A stretch of 64,000 nt of DNA, taken from the NCBI GenBank assembly GCA_965207225.1, contig CBDBLV010000004.1, positions 768,001 through 832,000 of the forward strand. The letters are read 5' to 3'. Source of the stretch: Dehalococcoidia bacterium (GTDB taxonomy: Bacteria; Chloroflexota; Dehalococcoidia; Plut-88900). Of the stretch, positions 1 to 10,012 are shown one piece after another. The notes below the pieces were generated by a model. The model ran no database searches. It was not told where the DNA came from and was given only the letters and a program-made list of their open reading frames with translations. Within the stretch, counting starts at the first letter, position 1; each line of letters opens with the position of its first letter. Position numbers and translations under genes: made by a program.

Positions 1-3000
1 TCCCGGGAATAGGTGGCTCCACGACGAGAGCGACTGCATTGTAAGAGAGTAGCTGAGACTTTCAACAGACACCCAGTTTCCCTCGAGGTTCAGCCAATGG
101 GCAGTTTCACTCCAAATGCGGCCAGGATAAACTGGCATTACACGGCGGATGCGTCTGACTTGAGTAGCACTCAGTTTCCCGTTGGGAGGCAGCCCCTTCA
201 ACCATTCTATCTCCATGTCTGGGGTCGGACGTTCCGGCACTCCTATCTTTCGCCACAACGATAGATCCCGCAATGAAGGATGGATTAGAGCGACTCCTGG
301 CACACCCTCGCCATCAGAACTCAAGAAGACCTCATTCGAAGTCGCCCATTCATCCTGGTCGGTGAGAATCAATGGGTTATTGGCCAATGAGTTCTTGATC
401 TCTTGGACCTCTGAGGTGGAACATCGGTCGAATAGCTGGTCGAGGGAATGGCACCACTTCTGTACTTCAGGAAGTAGAGGGGGATTGACACCAGCTAGTG
501 CACGCAGCCGTTCCAGAATCCGCTCCGGTCCTGTCGGGGTGTCGCGGACCCCCAGCAATTTCAACAAGGGCCTCGTCGCCTCCGTATCCAAGTCTGCTCT
601 AATGAAAGGTTCAATATCTCTAAGAGGTTCCGTCTCAGGAGTGCGCAGGAAAATTTCCGCCGGTTGGCGAGCTTGTCCCCAAATGTCCTCAAGGCAAGGC
701 AGGCCCTGAAACCGAATAATCCACTCGGGTAAGAGTGGCTCCTGGGTCACATGACGAGAGTAGGTATTACCCAATTGAGACACTCGGGCTGAAGTCGCAC
801 CTGACCAGTACGAAGGGGGTTGCTCCAGAATGTGAGTCATCAGCGTGGCCCAGAATCGGTCGTCATCCTTGGCTAAGGAATTCCAATACTTCCAGTGGAT
901 GGCATCGAAATCCCAATCTGTGACCCTAAAGTTGTCGCGCTTGTAGTGAAAGTATGGTTTGCCATCGAATCCACGTCGCCCAAGGTCCTCTGTTAACCCG
1001 GACCGGCTCCAAACATTCCTCATGATTTGGCCTGGTGATACGAAAGTGCGGAGCCCACTGCCGGCTGACCGGACCCACTGTCGCCATTCGGCATCAGTGC
1101 ATGATTCAGAAGGTTGCATGTATGAGTCATGGAGAACGTTTTGCTTGTACCAGCTTTCATCTACAAACTGGTCTAAAGAGCCATCAGTGTCGGCAAATGT
1201 AGGGTTGCTGTCCGTTGAGCGAAGCTTAGCGTCTTGACTCACATACTTGAAGCTGCCGGGGACGTTAGCTTCGAGCTTTGCGGCTATGTGCGCAAGGCGA
1301 GCGCAGTCCTTAATCTTTAGACGACCTTGGGAAAAGAAGGCGTTGGTAACCTGGTTGAATATTTGATGTATGCTTGTAGCCTCGCCTAGTCTGAGCACCC
1401 GGAGCACACTTAAGGCCGAGCGCACCTGGTCCGCCCAAGCTTCGTCGGTGCTTGTGTCACCATTCCGCCATTTCTGTAATGTGCGGACCCAGTCTTCATC
1501 GAGCGCGAGTAGATGAGGAGCGAGAAACTCCCAGTCGGCGGGCTTTAGAGATCGACTCTCACCAAGCCGGACTACTTCACTGGCCGCGTAGAGTGATTCT
1601 TTTCCTTGGACCGGCACAATACGAATATTGCGGCGGTCGGGTCGAAAACTGGTTATTTCCACCGAGACGTAGTCCCACAAACCCAACAATCGCCGCCAGG
1701 ACGTGGGTCGGGGCAGGCGGTTGTTCTGCAGCGTCTCGATTACCTGGGGCTTGTCCAGAGTCTTGACATGATCCCGGTTGACCAATTTTGCCTGGTCTCG
1801 TTGGCTAACGTGCCGAGACAATATCGGCAGGCCGTCCGAACTGAAGCCTGTGGATACTTGGGAAGACGACCAGACGTCCAACAACGCGCCAGGCACTGCT
1901 AGGCAGTTGTTAGAGGGCTCAAGGGTATTGGTTTCGGTTATCAGAAACTCTGTTCCTTCAATCCTCACCTCAAAGCTCTCTTCGACGATGGAACCACAGC
2001 TCCCCTCGATAGTGCTGTCATTACGGTCAACATCTGGGAGCAGTCCGTATCCGGAACACCGTTCTTCTATTGGAAGAGACTTCCTACCTAGCCAGGCGAG
2101 CATTGCATCTGCTGCCAGTTCGCCGGTACGTTGCAACAGCCAACTATTGGTGGGAGACAATGCGGGGTCTTTGATCTTCATCCTAGCCGGGTCCTGGATG
2201 AAGGGAGCGTTGCAGGCAAACGGGAGTTGAGTCACCACCCCCGTGGGAAGGACAACAAAAAGTCGTCCTTCCATGCCCAGAACGATTTCGACTCTGCACG
2301 GAGGAAAAGTCGTGCTATCGTCTGTGGTCATGCGCTCATCTTTGATCTCATTCAGGGCGTCCTCGGGAAATTCTTCCTCAAGCGAGCGAACTAACAGGTA
2401 CTGATTCCCAGGTGTGTTCGACACCGACATCCACTCTGATCCCTCGACGGGGCCGTTCCCTTGCGACTCCCATCGAATTTCCCCCTCATCAAATCGGAGA
2501 CAGCGGATGCTATTGAAGAACAAGAGCGAAGCCGGGCTTTCACTCCATTCCTTGAGGTTCTTGACCAGCTCTTGTTGCACTCGTTGATTCTGGATGACCA
2601 CGCGGACTTCAGTACGGCCGTCGACCGTTCCAGAAGATTCAGTCCACACTGGCTCAGTAAACCTTTGCTTCTCAAAAGCGACTGAGAGTGTGGGAGTAAC
2701 CAGATGTACCTCGTTACCCAAGCTGAATGTGCTCTTGAAACCCACACCTCTGAATCCGATGGTATGCAAGGTACGCTTGTTGGAGAATCCAAATCTGCAC
2801 AGCGAAGCGAACTGCTCTTCGTTGAAGTCTTCCCCGTTGTGGGAAAAGATGAACTCACCATCGCTGATTTCAACGCTTGCGTCCGTTGCTCCGGCATCGT
2901 CCGCGTTCTGCAATAGCTCGGACACTACGTGGCGAGGACTTTGGACTTGGTTGAAGAGTTGCCGCCAAGGGCCGGCGAGTACGGGGTCTCTGTCAAGTTG

Positions 3001-3057
3001 ATCCCACAGCCTGGACGCATCACGCTGTATTCTCTTGAAGTATCCTGGTGGACGCAT
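1..3057 (-). CDS. Large sacsin/NO VEIN-like GHKL ATPase protein (>1000 aa; runs off the left edge; not in the ORF track)
   Basis: The ATG at 3057 overlaps the helicase stop (TGATG). Manual translation gives MRPPGYFKRIQRDASRLWDQL...VSELLQNADDAGA...FSHNGEDF...HTIGFRGVGFKSTFSLG, the GHKL motifs typical of sacsin-like N-terminal ATPases. No ORF in this frame is listed, which is consistent with no stop before the window edge. Confidence 0.82.
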   Translation of the reverse strand, partial: MRPPGYFKRIQRDASRLWDQLDRDPVLAGPWRQLFNQVQSPRHVVSELLQNADDAGATDASVEISDGEFIFSHNGEDFNEEQFASLCRFGFSNKRTLHTIGFRGVGFKSTFSLGNEVHLVTPTLSVAFEKQRFTEPVWTESSGTVDGRTEVRVVIQNQRVQQELVKNLKEWSESPASLLFFNSIRCLRFDEGEIRWESQGNGPVEGSEWMSVSNTPGNQYLLVRSLEEEFPEDALNEIKDERMTTDDSTTFPPCRVEIVLGMEGRLFVVLPTGVVTQLPFACNAPFIQDPARMKIKDPALSPTNSWLLQRTGELAADAMLAWLGRKSLPIEERCSGYGLLPDVDRNDSTIEGSCGSIVEESFEVRIEGTEFLITETNTLEPSNNCLAVPGALLDVWSSSQVSTGFSSDGLPILSRHVSQRDQAKLVNRDHVKTLDKPQVIETLQNNRLPRPTSWRRLLGLWDYVSVEITSFRPDRRNIRIVPVQGKESLYAASEVVRLGESRSLKPADWEFLAPHLLALDEDWVRTLQKWRNGDTSTDEAWADQVRSALSVLRVLRLGEATSIHQIFNQVTNAFFSQGRLKIKDCARLAHIAAKLEANVPGSFKYVSQDAKLRSTDSNPTFADTDGSLDQFVDESWYKQNVLHDSYMQPSESCTDAEWRQWVRSAGSGLRTFVSPGQIMRNVWSRSGLTEDLGRRGFDGKPYFHYKRDNFRVTDWDFDAIHWKYWNSLAKDDDRFWATLMTHILEQPPSYWSGATSARVSQLGNTYSRHVTQEPLLPEWIIRFQGLPCLEDIWGQARQPAEIFLRTPETEPLRDIEPFIRADLDTEATRPLLKLLGVRDTPTGPERILERLRALAGVNPPLLPEVQKWCHSLDQLFDRCSTSEVQEIKNSLANNPLILTDQDEWATSNEVFLSSDGEGVPGVALIHPSLRDLSLWRKIGVPERPTPDMEIEWLKGLPPNGKLSATQVRRIRRVMPVYPGRIWSETAHWLNLEGNWVSVESLSYSLTMQSLSSWSHLFPG

Positions 3058-6000
3058 CACGTCGGTTCCTCAGACCGGGCTAAGAGGCAGGCAAAGTTAT
3101 AGTTGACGCTGGTTACACCGAAGTCCGGCTCGCTGTTGAACGGCTCTCGCAGGTATCGGGTTCGGTGCTGGCCGTCAGGCAGGAATTCCACCATGGCCAG
3201 AATGAAATCTTCAGGCTTGTTCAAAGAGTAGAGAATCTCATTCCGCGTCACGGTAAGTGTATGCGCTCCGGCGGCTCGGCCTTTTACTTCGATGAACCGG
3301 AGCCTGCCTTCCCCTGGGACTCTGCTTTCAATATCGTATCCACGCTTCTCCGTTTCGTAGTCTACCGGCTCGAATCCAAGGCCTCTCTCAACTTCCATCA
3401 CAATCTTTCTGGCCCTAGCTGCTACCGCTTGTCGGTCCATCGCTCCCGTATCCGTGGACGCCGGTTTCCCAGCCATGTTGGAAAGTAAGCCCATCGGTAT
3501 GACTAGGACACTGCCAAGTATCACGGGCGGTAGAGGAGATAGCTGTCTTTCCAGACGCAACTCCTCAATGCGCTTCTGCATACGCTCCTGCAGCTCAAGC
3601 GAGCGTTTGCGGGCTTCGTCCGAGTTTAGCCTGGCATTGACCTCGCCGGCCTGTTCCTGGATCTTCAACTCGTCGGCGCGGTGGCCCCAATAGTTGATTT
3701 CTTTGGTTAGGCGCTCCTTGACGGCTGCCTCGGTCTTGTCGATGTGATCCAGTCTCTGGTCGCGGACTTCCTTCAAGTGTCCCGGCACAACGTAAGCGAT
3801 AGCGTAATTCTTGGCTGTGTCCTCCAAGTCCCCGGTTAGCCAGGCACATTCCGGTCTGGCGAGAATAGCCTCGACTTCAGGCTCATCCTCCGCTAAGGGA
3901 CGGTAATCAAGGTAAGGAGCATAGTGAGGATGTCTGGCACTGCCTTCAGAATCTAGTTCCACGTACAGCATGCGCTTGGAGATTATTCGGCGTTCGCCGG
4001 ACCTGTTCGTGGTAGCGTCCTGGATGGCGTGATCCAAGTAGAAGAGCACTCTTGGTTCCAGTCCCTGGTCGTTTTCGTCCACCAGGACTGCCCCCCGGCG
4101 CAACAAGTCTCGATTCCGTTCCAGTAAGAGGTCTGCTGTTTCATCGAGCAAAGGGTGGCCCGGACAAACGAACGCAGCTAATGGCTGGTCTTGGGGAGCC
4201 TTCAATGCTTTCTCGAAGACAATGCGCTCGTAGCGAGGAAGCACAGTTCTGTTCCGGTTGCGGATGGCTGCTGGCGTCTGGGCGACCCTGTACCGCCGAG
4301 GTTCACGTTCCCTGAGGGTGCCGCCCAGGTGCTGGAATGCCTCCAGGAAGAAGGACTCGATGTAATGGGGCTGTAACCGGCGAGCCTCGGCTCGTTCCAT
4401 TTGCTCGCGTACCCGGTGGACCCGGCTGGTATCCATTGCGTCATGCACCAGCGCCTTCTCTTCCCAAAGGTCCTTCAAGAAATCATGGTCGAACGCATTG
4501 TCGATTACTTGGGTAAGCTGCCCCCGCACTTCCGGCCGCTCCCCATACCTGATAGCCGCTATGAGCAGATCTCTCAGAGGCTTGCCCTCGAAATGGACCT
4601 TGCCAAGAACATCGAATACTTTGCCGCCCAGCGCATTGCGGGCTTCCTCAAGTTTCTCTAGTAGGCGCTGGTATACTGCCCCTTCGCGAGTTTCCTGCGC
4701 AACCAGATTCCAGAGACGGCAAACTTCGGTCTGACCTATACGGTGGATTCGTCCAAATCGCTGTTCGATTCTGTTTGGATTCCATGGCAAGTCATAGTTG
4801 ACCATGAGATGGGCTCGCTGCAGGTTGATTCCTTCCCCGGCGGCATCGGTGGCAAGCAATACCTGGACTTCCGGATCTAGGCTGAATGACTCTTGGGCCT
4901 TGGCGCGGTCTTCCCGTCTCATGCTGCCGTGAATACAAACTATCGCATCGCTTTGTCCTAACAGGTCGGCGATCCGGCCTTCCAGATATCTGAGCGTATC
5001 GCGGTGCTCAGTGAATATCACCAGCTTTTCGTTGGACATGGTGCGGTTGGCAAATAAGTTAGCCAACTCCTGCCATTTCTTGTCTCCTCCGCTTTGACGA
5101 ACCTCTAGTGCCAAAGCCTCCAATCGTCTCAACGTGGTAATCTCCGCCTTGAGTTCGGCGATAGTGCTGGCTGCGGTAGCCCGGTCCAGTAACTCTCCTT
5201 CAATGTCGTCAACTTCATCGTCAGGGGCGTCTTCAAGGTCTTCGATGTCCTCGTCTTCTATGACGGACGCTGATTTGTTGAGCGCACTCTCTACATCGCC
5301 ATCGCGCTGCAAGGCTTCAAGCTCTCGCATTGTGTTCTCTAGCCTCTCACGCCGACGCCGCAAAGACTGATATATGGCCTCCGGCGAAGAGGCTAAACGG
5401 CGTTGGAGGATGGTAAGCGCGAAACCCACGTTTCCGGCGCGTTTGTTATTTTGCAGGGACGCGGCCCGGTTGAACTCTTCACTTACATACTTGGTCACGT
5501 CGTCGTAGAGATTCTTTTCTCCGTCCGACAGCCGGTATGGCACGGTTTCTGCGATACGTTCCGGCAACAACGGAGTGTTGTCGAACTTGACCAGCTCCTC
5601 TTTCGTCGCACGGCGCATGAGGTCCGATACCTCTGTTGTATGGACGCCGTCCCGGAACCGTCCCTCAAAGCGATCGCTATTGAGCAGCGCCATGAATAGC
5701 TGAAAATCCGTCTCCTTTCCATTGTGTGGCGTGGCCGTCATCAGAAGGAAATGGCGTGTCAGGTTGGACAGGAAGCGCCCTAGCCGATAGCGTTTGGTGT
5801 AGCTAATCTCACCTCCGAAAAAGGTGGCTGACATTTTGTGGGCCTCATCACAGACAATCAAGTCCCACTGGCAGTCAGGGGCGCTCAGTTTGCCTTGGAC
5901 GTTGTCATCGCGGGCCAGCTTGTCCAGTCGACCTATCGCAAGATCGGTTTCCAGGAACCAGTTGCCTGTTCGCGCTGCGTCCAGCTTGTCATTGGTAAGG

Positions 6001-6542
6001 ATTTCGAATGGCAGGTTAAATCGCTGATGCAATTCGTCCTGCCATTGCTCGACCAGATTCCCCGGACAAACTACTAGACACCTTTGTAAGTCGCCACGAG
6101 CGATGAGCTCCTTGATTAGTAGCCCCGCCATAATCGTCTTACCCGCACCAGGGTCGTCCGCAAGCAGAAACCTTAGGGGCTGGCGCTCGAGCATTGCCTC
6201 GTAGACTGCTGTAATCTGATGAGGCAATGGCTCGACTTCTGAAGTGTGGACCGCTAGGACCGGGTCGAACAGGTGGGCCAACTTGATTCGATTAGCTTCG
6301 GAAACAAGGCGAAATAGCTTCCCGTCTCCGTCAAAGCTCCAAGGGCGCCCCTGCTTCACCACCTCAATTCGAGATTCTGAGTCTCGGAAGAGAACCTCTT
6401 CACCGAGTTGACCAGTATGAGTTCTGTAGGTAAGTGTAACGACGTCAGGCCCGTTCCACTGTACGCTGACCACTGTGACGAAAGAGTCGGGTCGGATACC
6501 ACGTATGGCAGTATCAGGTTTCAGGTCTTCAAGTTTGCTCAC
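3057..6542 (-). CDS. SNF2-family helicase/translocase with C-terminal DUF3883 (PD-(D/E)xK-like) domain
   Basis: Motifs LADDPGAGKT, CDEAHK, TATP, DAAGEGINLQ and QRFGRIHRIGQ; C-terminal GYDIESR...FIEVKG. Confidence 0.92.
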   Translation of the reverse strand: MSKLEDLKPDTAIRGIRPDSFVTVVSVQWNGPDVVTLTYRTHTGQLGEEVLFRDSESRIEVVKQGRPWSFDGDGKLFRLVSEANRIKLAHLFDPVLAVHTSEVEPLPHQITAVYEAMLERQPLRFLLADDPGAGKTIMAGLLIKELIARGDLQRCLVVCPGNLVEQWQDELHQRFNLPFEILTNDKLDAARTGNWFLETDLAIGRLDKLARDDNVQGKLSAPDCQWDLIVCDEAHKMSATFFGGEISYTKRYRLGRFLSNLTRHFLLMTATPHNGKETDFQLFMALLNSDRFEGRFRDGVHTTEVSDLMRRATKEELVKFDNTPLLPERIAETVPYRLSDGEKNLYDDVTKYVSEEFNRAASLQNNKRAGNVGFALTILQRRLASSPEAIYQSLRRRRERLENTMRELEALQRDGDVESALNKSASVIEDEDIEDLEDAPDDEVDDIEGELLDRATAASTIAELKAEITTLRRLEALALEVRQSGGDKKWQELANLFANRTMSNEKLVIFTEHRDTLRYLEGRIADLLGQSDAIVCIHGSMRREDRAKAQESFSLDPEVQVLLATDAAGEGINLQRAHLMVNYDLPWNPNRIEQRFGRIHRIGQTEVCRLWNLVAQETREGAVYQRLLEKLEEARNALGGKVFDVLGKVHFEGKPLRDLLIAAIRYGERPEVRGQLTQVIDNAFDHDFLKDLWEEKALVHDAMDTSRVHRVREQMERAEARRLQPHYIESFFLEAFQHLGGTLREREPRRYRVAQTPAAIRNRNRTVLPRYERIVFEKALKAPQDQPLAAFVCPGHPLLDETADLLLERNRDLLRRGAVLVDENDQGLEPRVLFYLDHAIQDATTNRSGERRIISKRMLYVELDSEGSARHPHYAPYLDYRPLAEDEPEVEAILARPECAWLTGDLEDTAKNYAIAYVVPGHLKEVRDQRLDHIDKTEAAVKERLTKEINYWGHRADELKIQEQAGEVNARLNSDEARKRSLELQERMQKRIEELRLERQLSPLPPVILGSVLVIPMGLLSNMAGKPASTDTGAMDRQAVAARARKIVMEVERGLGFEPVDYETEKRGYDIESRVPGEGRLRFIEVKGRAAGAHTLTVTRNEILYSLNKPEDFILAMVEFLPDGQHRTRYLREPFNSEPDFGVTSVNYNFACLLARSEEPT

Positions 6543-6979
6543 TTCGCAACTCCTACAAAGTCATAGCTTTTAAGTGGGAATTGTATCACATCCGCCTTTG
6601 CCCGCTCCAGCGTCAGATGTCCCAGATGTTCAGACGCTCGTCTGAGGGCCACGCCTATGGGGTCCCAGAATCCCCCGGGGTCTTCTTCGTACACCTGCCA
6701 GTACCCTACGAAATCGCCGTTCTCGGTGATCAGATCCGGGACGTTGCGCGTTCTGCCAATCTTGAGAGTGTCGGTCTCCGCGTCATAGTCCGACTTGCCC
6801 AGGGGAATGAAGGTGGAGGCGCCCAGAACTTCAAGCGCGGCTATATCGTGTCCGTCCTCGGTGGCGAGACAGATCACGATATAGGGATCATCCCCCTCCG
6901 GCAACGACGCGCAGATAGCCTCCGGGGTATCCGTCATGACGCTCAGAGCGTCAAATTCCCGTTCAAACGCAATCCGCAT
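6539..6979 (-). CDS. Small acidic protein with two DUF2283-like repeats
   Basis: Two halves (FEREFDALSV...IAALEVLGAS; YDAETDTLKI...PIGVALRRAS) resemble DUF2283. The stop overlaps the helicase start by 4 bp. Confidence 0.55.
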   Translation of the reverse strand: MRIAFEREFDALSVMTDTPEAICASLPEGDDPYIVICLATEDGHDIAALEVLGASTFIPLGKSDYDAETDTLKIGRTRNVPDLITENGDFVGYWQVYEEDPGGFWDPIGVALRRASEHLGHLTLERAKADVIQFPLKSYDFVGVAK

Positions 6980-7479
6980 CTCTCACCTGCGCCTTCTGGC
7001 TTTGTGGTTCTTCATGTACCACCAGCCGTCCTTCGGTGGAGAACGTTGCTGCGGACTGACAGGCAAACACCTGTCCGACGATAGGCCAATCTGTTCCCGA
7101 TTATAACAGAGTAGGTATAAGATTAACGTGATTAGATACCCAGATCTTCATTAAATCAGCGTGAATTCTTCGGGAAGGCGTTGGATAGCGGATACAGAAA
7201 GGGAGAGAGGAGGGGAATAGAGGTAAGTGAACGTCTAGCTTCGTCTGGTCGCCAGCGGCAGGTTGGCTAGAAAGAGGTGCGGCTGAGCAAGGTCGCCCTG
7301 GGCCCTCAGGGGGCTGCGGCCATTCCTTGACCAACTCCGACGGCAAGGCGAGGGCATTGGAAGTTGGCCGGTAGGTGGCAATTGCGTCCAAATCTGTTTA
7401 ACCCGCTCTGCTGCAGACGATCCTGAGCCGTCCGGGACAGCGGTTGCTTGGAGGATGTTCATAGCGGATTGCGCCGGCG

Positions 7480-7800
7480 TACATTGGAAACAGTCGGAAG
7501 TCTTGTCATCCGTATGAATTTCGGCGTCGCGGTCCAGCGCAAGCGCAGTCATGTGGGCTTCCGTTACCAGCTTACCGGCCCGTCCCGCAGCCTCGAGACA
7601 TTGCGCCATCATGATCAAAGCGACCGGCGCCGGAATCCAGTTGAATGAAATGCGGGCGCTGAAACCATTCTTGGACAGTAGAGACGGCTTGACCACCTAG
7701 GCTTAGGGAGCGACTGCGGCTGGACTGGTTGCCGACCTGACGAACCCTACGGATACTGCAAACGGGATACCTACGGTCTCCTGGACGGGCGCAAGCTCTC
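7480..7800 (-). pseudogene. vapC: Degenerate VapC/PIN toxin fragment
   Basis: Interrupted fragments ETVGIPFAVSVGFVRSATSP and AGRAGKLVTEAHMTALALDRDAEIHTDD match the mycobacterial-type VapC pattern. Boundaries are approximate. Confidence 0.6.
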
Positions 7801-8266
7801 TCTTTCCCTCGTCTCTCAGCGTCATGCGTCGCAGATCGGGGGCGCTTGGACTACGCTGGGAACGCCCAAAGATTCCTGTCTCAGGCAGCGCGGCGGCATG
7901 GGCGCTGAGGAACGGATCCTGGACGCCGTTGTCCGCGAGTTAGGCCCGCGCCCGGAGCGGGAACTGCGTGGGCCCCACATCGTCGAAGGGGATGAGGATG
8001 ACGGGAGTTGCGCCATAGTCGTCGGAGGGTTGCAGGCGGTTATGCAGTGGAGGTAGGGATTTATCCTAACGGGCGCTTGGCGCAGCGGTCCCACTCCAGA
8101 ACCAAAGGCAGTTGTTACTGTCCCAGCCAGACGACCCTGGCGGCGTCAGGAAGTATCGCTCGCGTCCTGCCTCATATCAGGAAGTATCGGGCCGTTCTGT
8201 GGGGAGACGTCAGTTCGGTGAGCGTCGCGTCGGGAAGTAACTTACAGCGCCTGGGCGCTCGATGGC

Positions 8267-8986
8267 TCAGGCGAACTGCCGGAACTCTGCGCCCCTCACA
8301 CTTGCCTTCCCATCCCACCGACGGACCAATAAGATTGACGAGGCCGCCACGTCACGCCTATCACTATGGGCAAGCGCGCGTATTCCATTGTCTGAGGGAA
8401 CAAACCTGCGGCCCTCGGCGTCCGGCAGATTCAGGGCGACGATCAGTATGGAATCGCTAGCTGTTCCCTGAGCGCGTACATCCGGCTCGTCTCGATTCCG
8501 AGCAGACTCGTGTCGGTTCGCTCCATCGGCCAGTACGCCAGCGCGCCCGGCGGCGCGTGGAACGAGCGCGAGCGGCGACCCGGACTGCGGCTCCGCACTT
8601 GGAACACACTCACGCGCGCTAGACCGGATGCTGACTCGCTTTCCCAAGTGGAAGACCGGCGCCGCCAGGAAGGACAACGAGGGTCCAACCTCCACGGGTG
8701 GGCGAAGATTGGGACGACCCTGTGACCTGACGTGGCTCAGCGTGTCCGGCAGCCTCCGAGATCCGGCGGTTAGCCCGGACGGCAGGAAGCGCTCCCTATC
8801 TCCTCGGAGTCGTACCAGTATGATGAAGGCTCCGGCGCCGGTCAGCGACCGCGCGCTGTCCAAGACCCCTTGCAGAACCGTGTCAAGGTCCAGGCCCTCG
8901 TTGATGCGCGGGCTGGCATCCCTCAGCCGGGACAGCCGGTCTCTGAGGGCTTGTATCTTCACGTCGCGCGCATCGCCTCGATTCAT
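8267..8986 (-). pseudogene. Decayed GAF-type hybrid sensor kinase fragment (paralog of 59673-61910)
   Basis: RBS GGAGG precedes the ATG at 8986. ALRDRLSRL...LQGVLDSARSLTGA...APVFHLGK aligns with ALRARFAKM...LQEIVDSARSLTDA...TPIFHLGK, after which similarity is lost. Confidence 0.75.
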
Positions 8987-9100
8987 CGCTACCCCTCCGG
9001 TTGGTCTGCGGAACACGCGTCTCTCGGGTCAACGGCAAGCGGCCAGACGGAAAGCCCGATTGAGATGCGCAGGGGCAACCATAGCGGTTCCTACCCAAAA

Positions 9101-9167
9101 CTCACGGTAAACTCATGATAAATCGGCGATATTCTCACGGCAATCTTACACATATTCTGTTTAGTCT
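9101..9167 (+). promoter_or_regulatory. Four tandem boxes (CTCAC/CTCAT/CTCAC/CTTAC) plus a possible -10; putative OmpR-type site
   Basis: Boxes start at 9101, 9112, 9134 and 9145 (spacing 11/22/11), with TAGTCT at 9162. The geometry and position relative to a divergent kinase gene match the sites at 56026 and 62032. Confidence 0.5.
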
Positions 9168-9490
9168 GCGGTACACTTGCCTCGTTTTGGGCGGTTGGGG
9201 CGTCGCGGAAGTCGCTTCCCACCCTGGAACCGCGAGGAACGCCCCGGTTCGACCGCTGTGGAGAATACGCCTGTGGAGAAAGTACGTGGGGCGGCCTGGT
9301 CGACTGCAGCTTCGAAAGCGTCTCCGCCAGTTACGCAGCTGGGCGACAGCTTGGTCGGTCGGAAGGACATGAGAACAACGAACGGCGACGAGACGGCTTC
9401 TCGCGAAGCGGGCGGTGCAGTGGGCGACATCCGAGGAAGAACTGAGAGAACCATGTTATCCGCTGGACATTCCCGTAGGCGGTCTTGTGA

Positions 9491-9850
9491 ATGAAACTTG
9501 GAGGGGCCAACCGATTGTCGAATCGCACCATTCGAAACGCCGCGATTGGCGTGCCGACCGCGGTGGTTACATTGACGGCGCTCCTGTCCGGCAGCACTTG
9601 GGCGCAGGACGCGTCCCCCGCCTCTCCATCGGGCAAGCTCGTCGTCGCACCGCTGTCGGTCCAGCGGGAACAGACGGCCTTGGAGATGGGCTTCCACGTC
9701 GAACCCGCCTATCTAGAAGTGAGGATTGAGCATCGCGAGCGCTTCACCCCAGAGGGAGAATGGCGCGACGACGCGGGAACCCCTTGGATGGCGCTAGGAG
9801 CAATCGCGCCGACTTGGGTCGCGCTGAACGCAACGCCCGCTCGGTCATAG
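9491..9850 (+). pseudogene. Short secreted-protein ORF, probably a truncated N-terminus
   Basis: Signal-peptide-like segment (AAIGVPTAVVTLTALLSGSTWA-QD) followed by an early stop. Confidence 0.35.
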
Positions 9851-10012
9851 AGGACACGATTCGACGCGTCGTCGCAGACACCGGGAGCAAAACGCGGTGG
9901 GTGGGACGACATACGACTCTGATGGATTACACGGCGTGTCAGGCTCTACCCATGCCGTTGGATCAACATATGTATCTGTACCCAGATTCTCTGAGAATGT
10001 GACGAGGCGATT

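Noticed and set aside
13-3001. Many short ORFs listed in 1-3 kb
   Set aside because: They are shadows of the long minus-strand GHKL ATPase ORF, which has clear motifs.
3057-6542. Calling the helicase locus DISARM or BREX
   Set aside because: No drm or brx partner genes or methylase are visible in the window.
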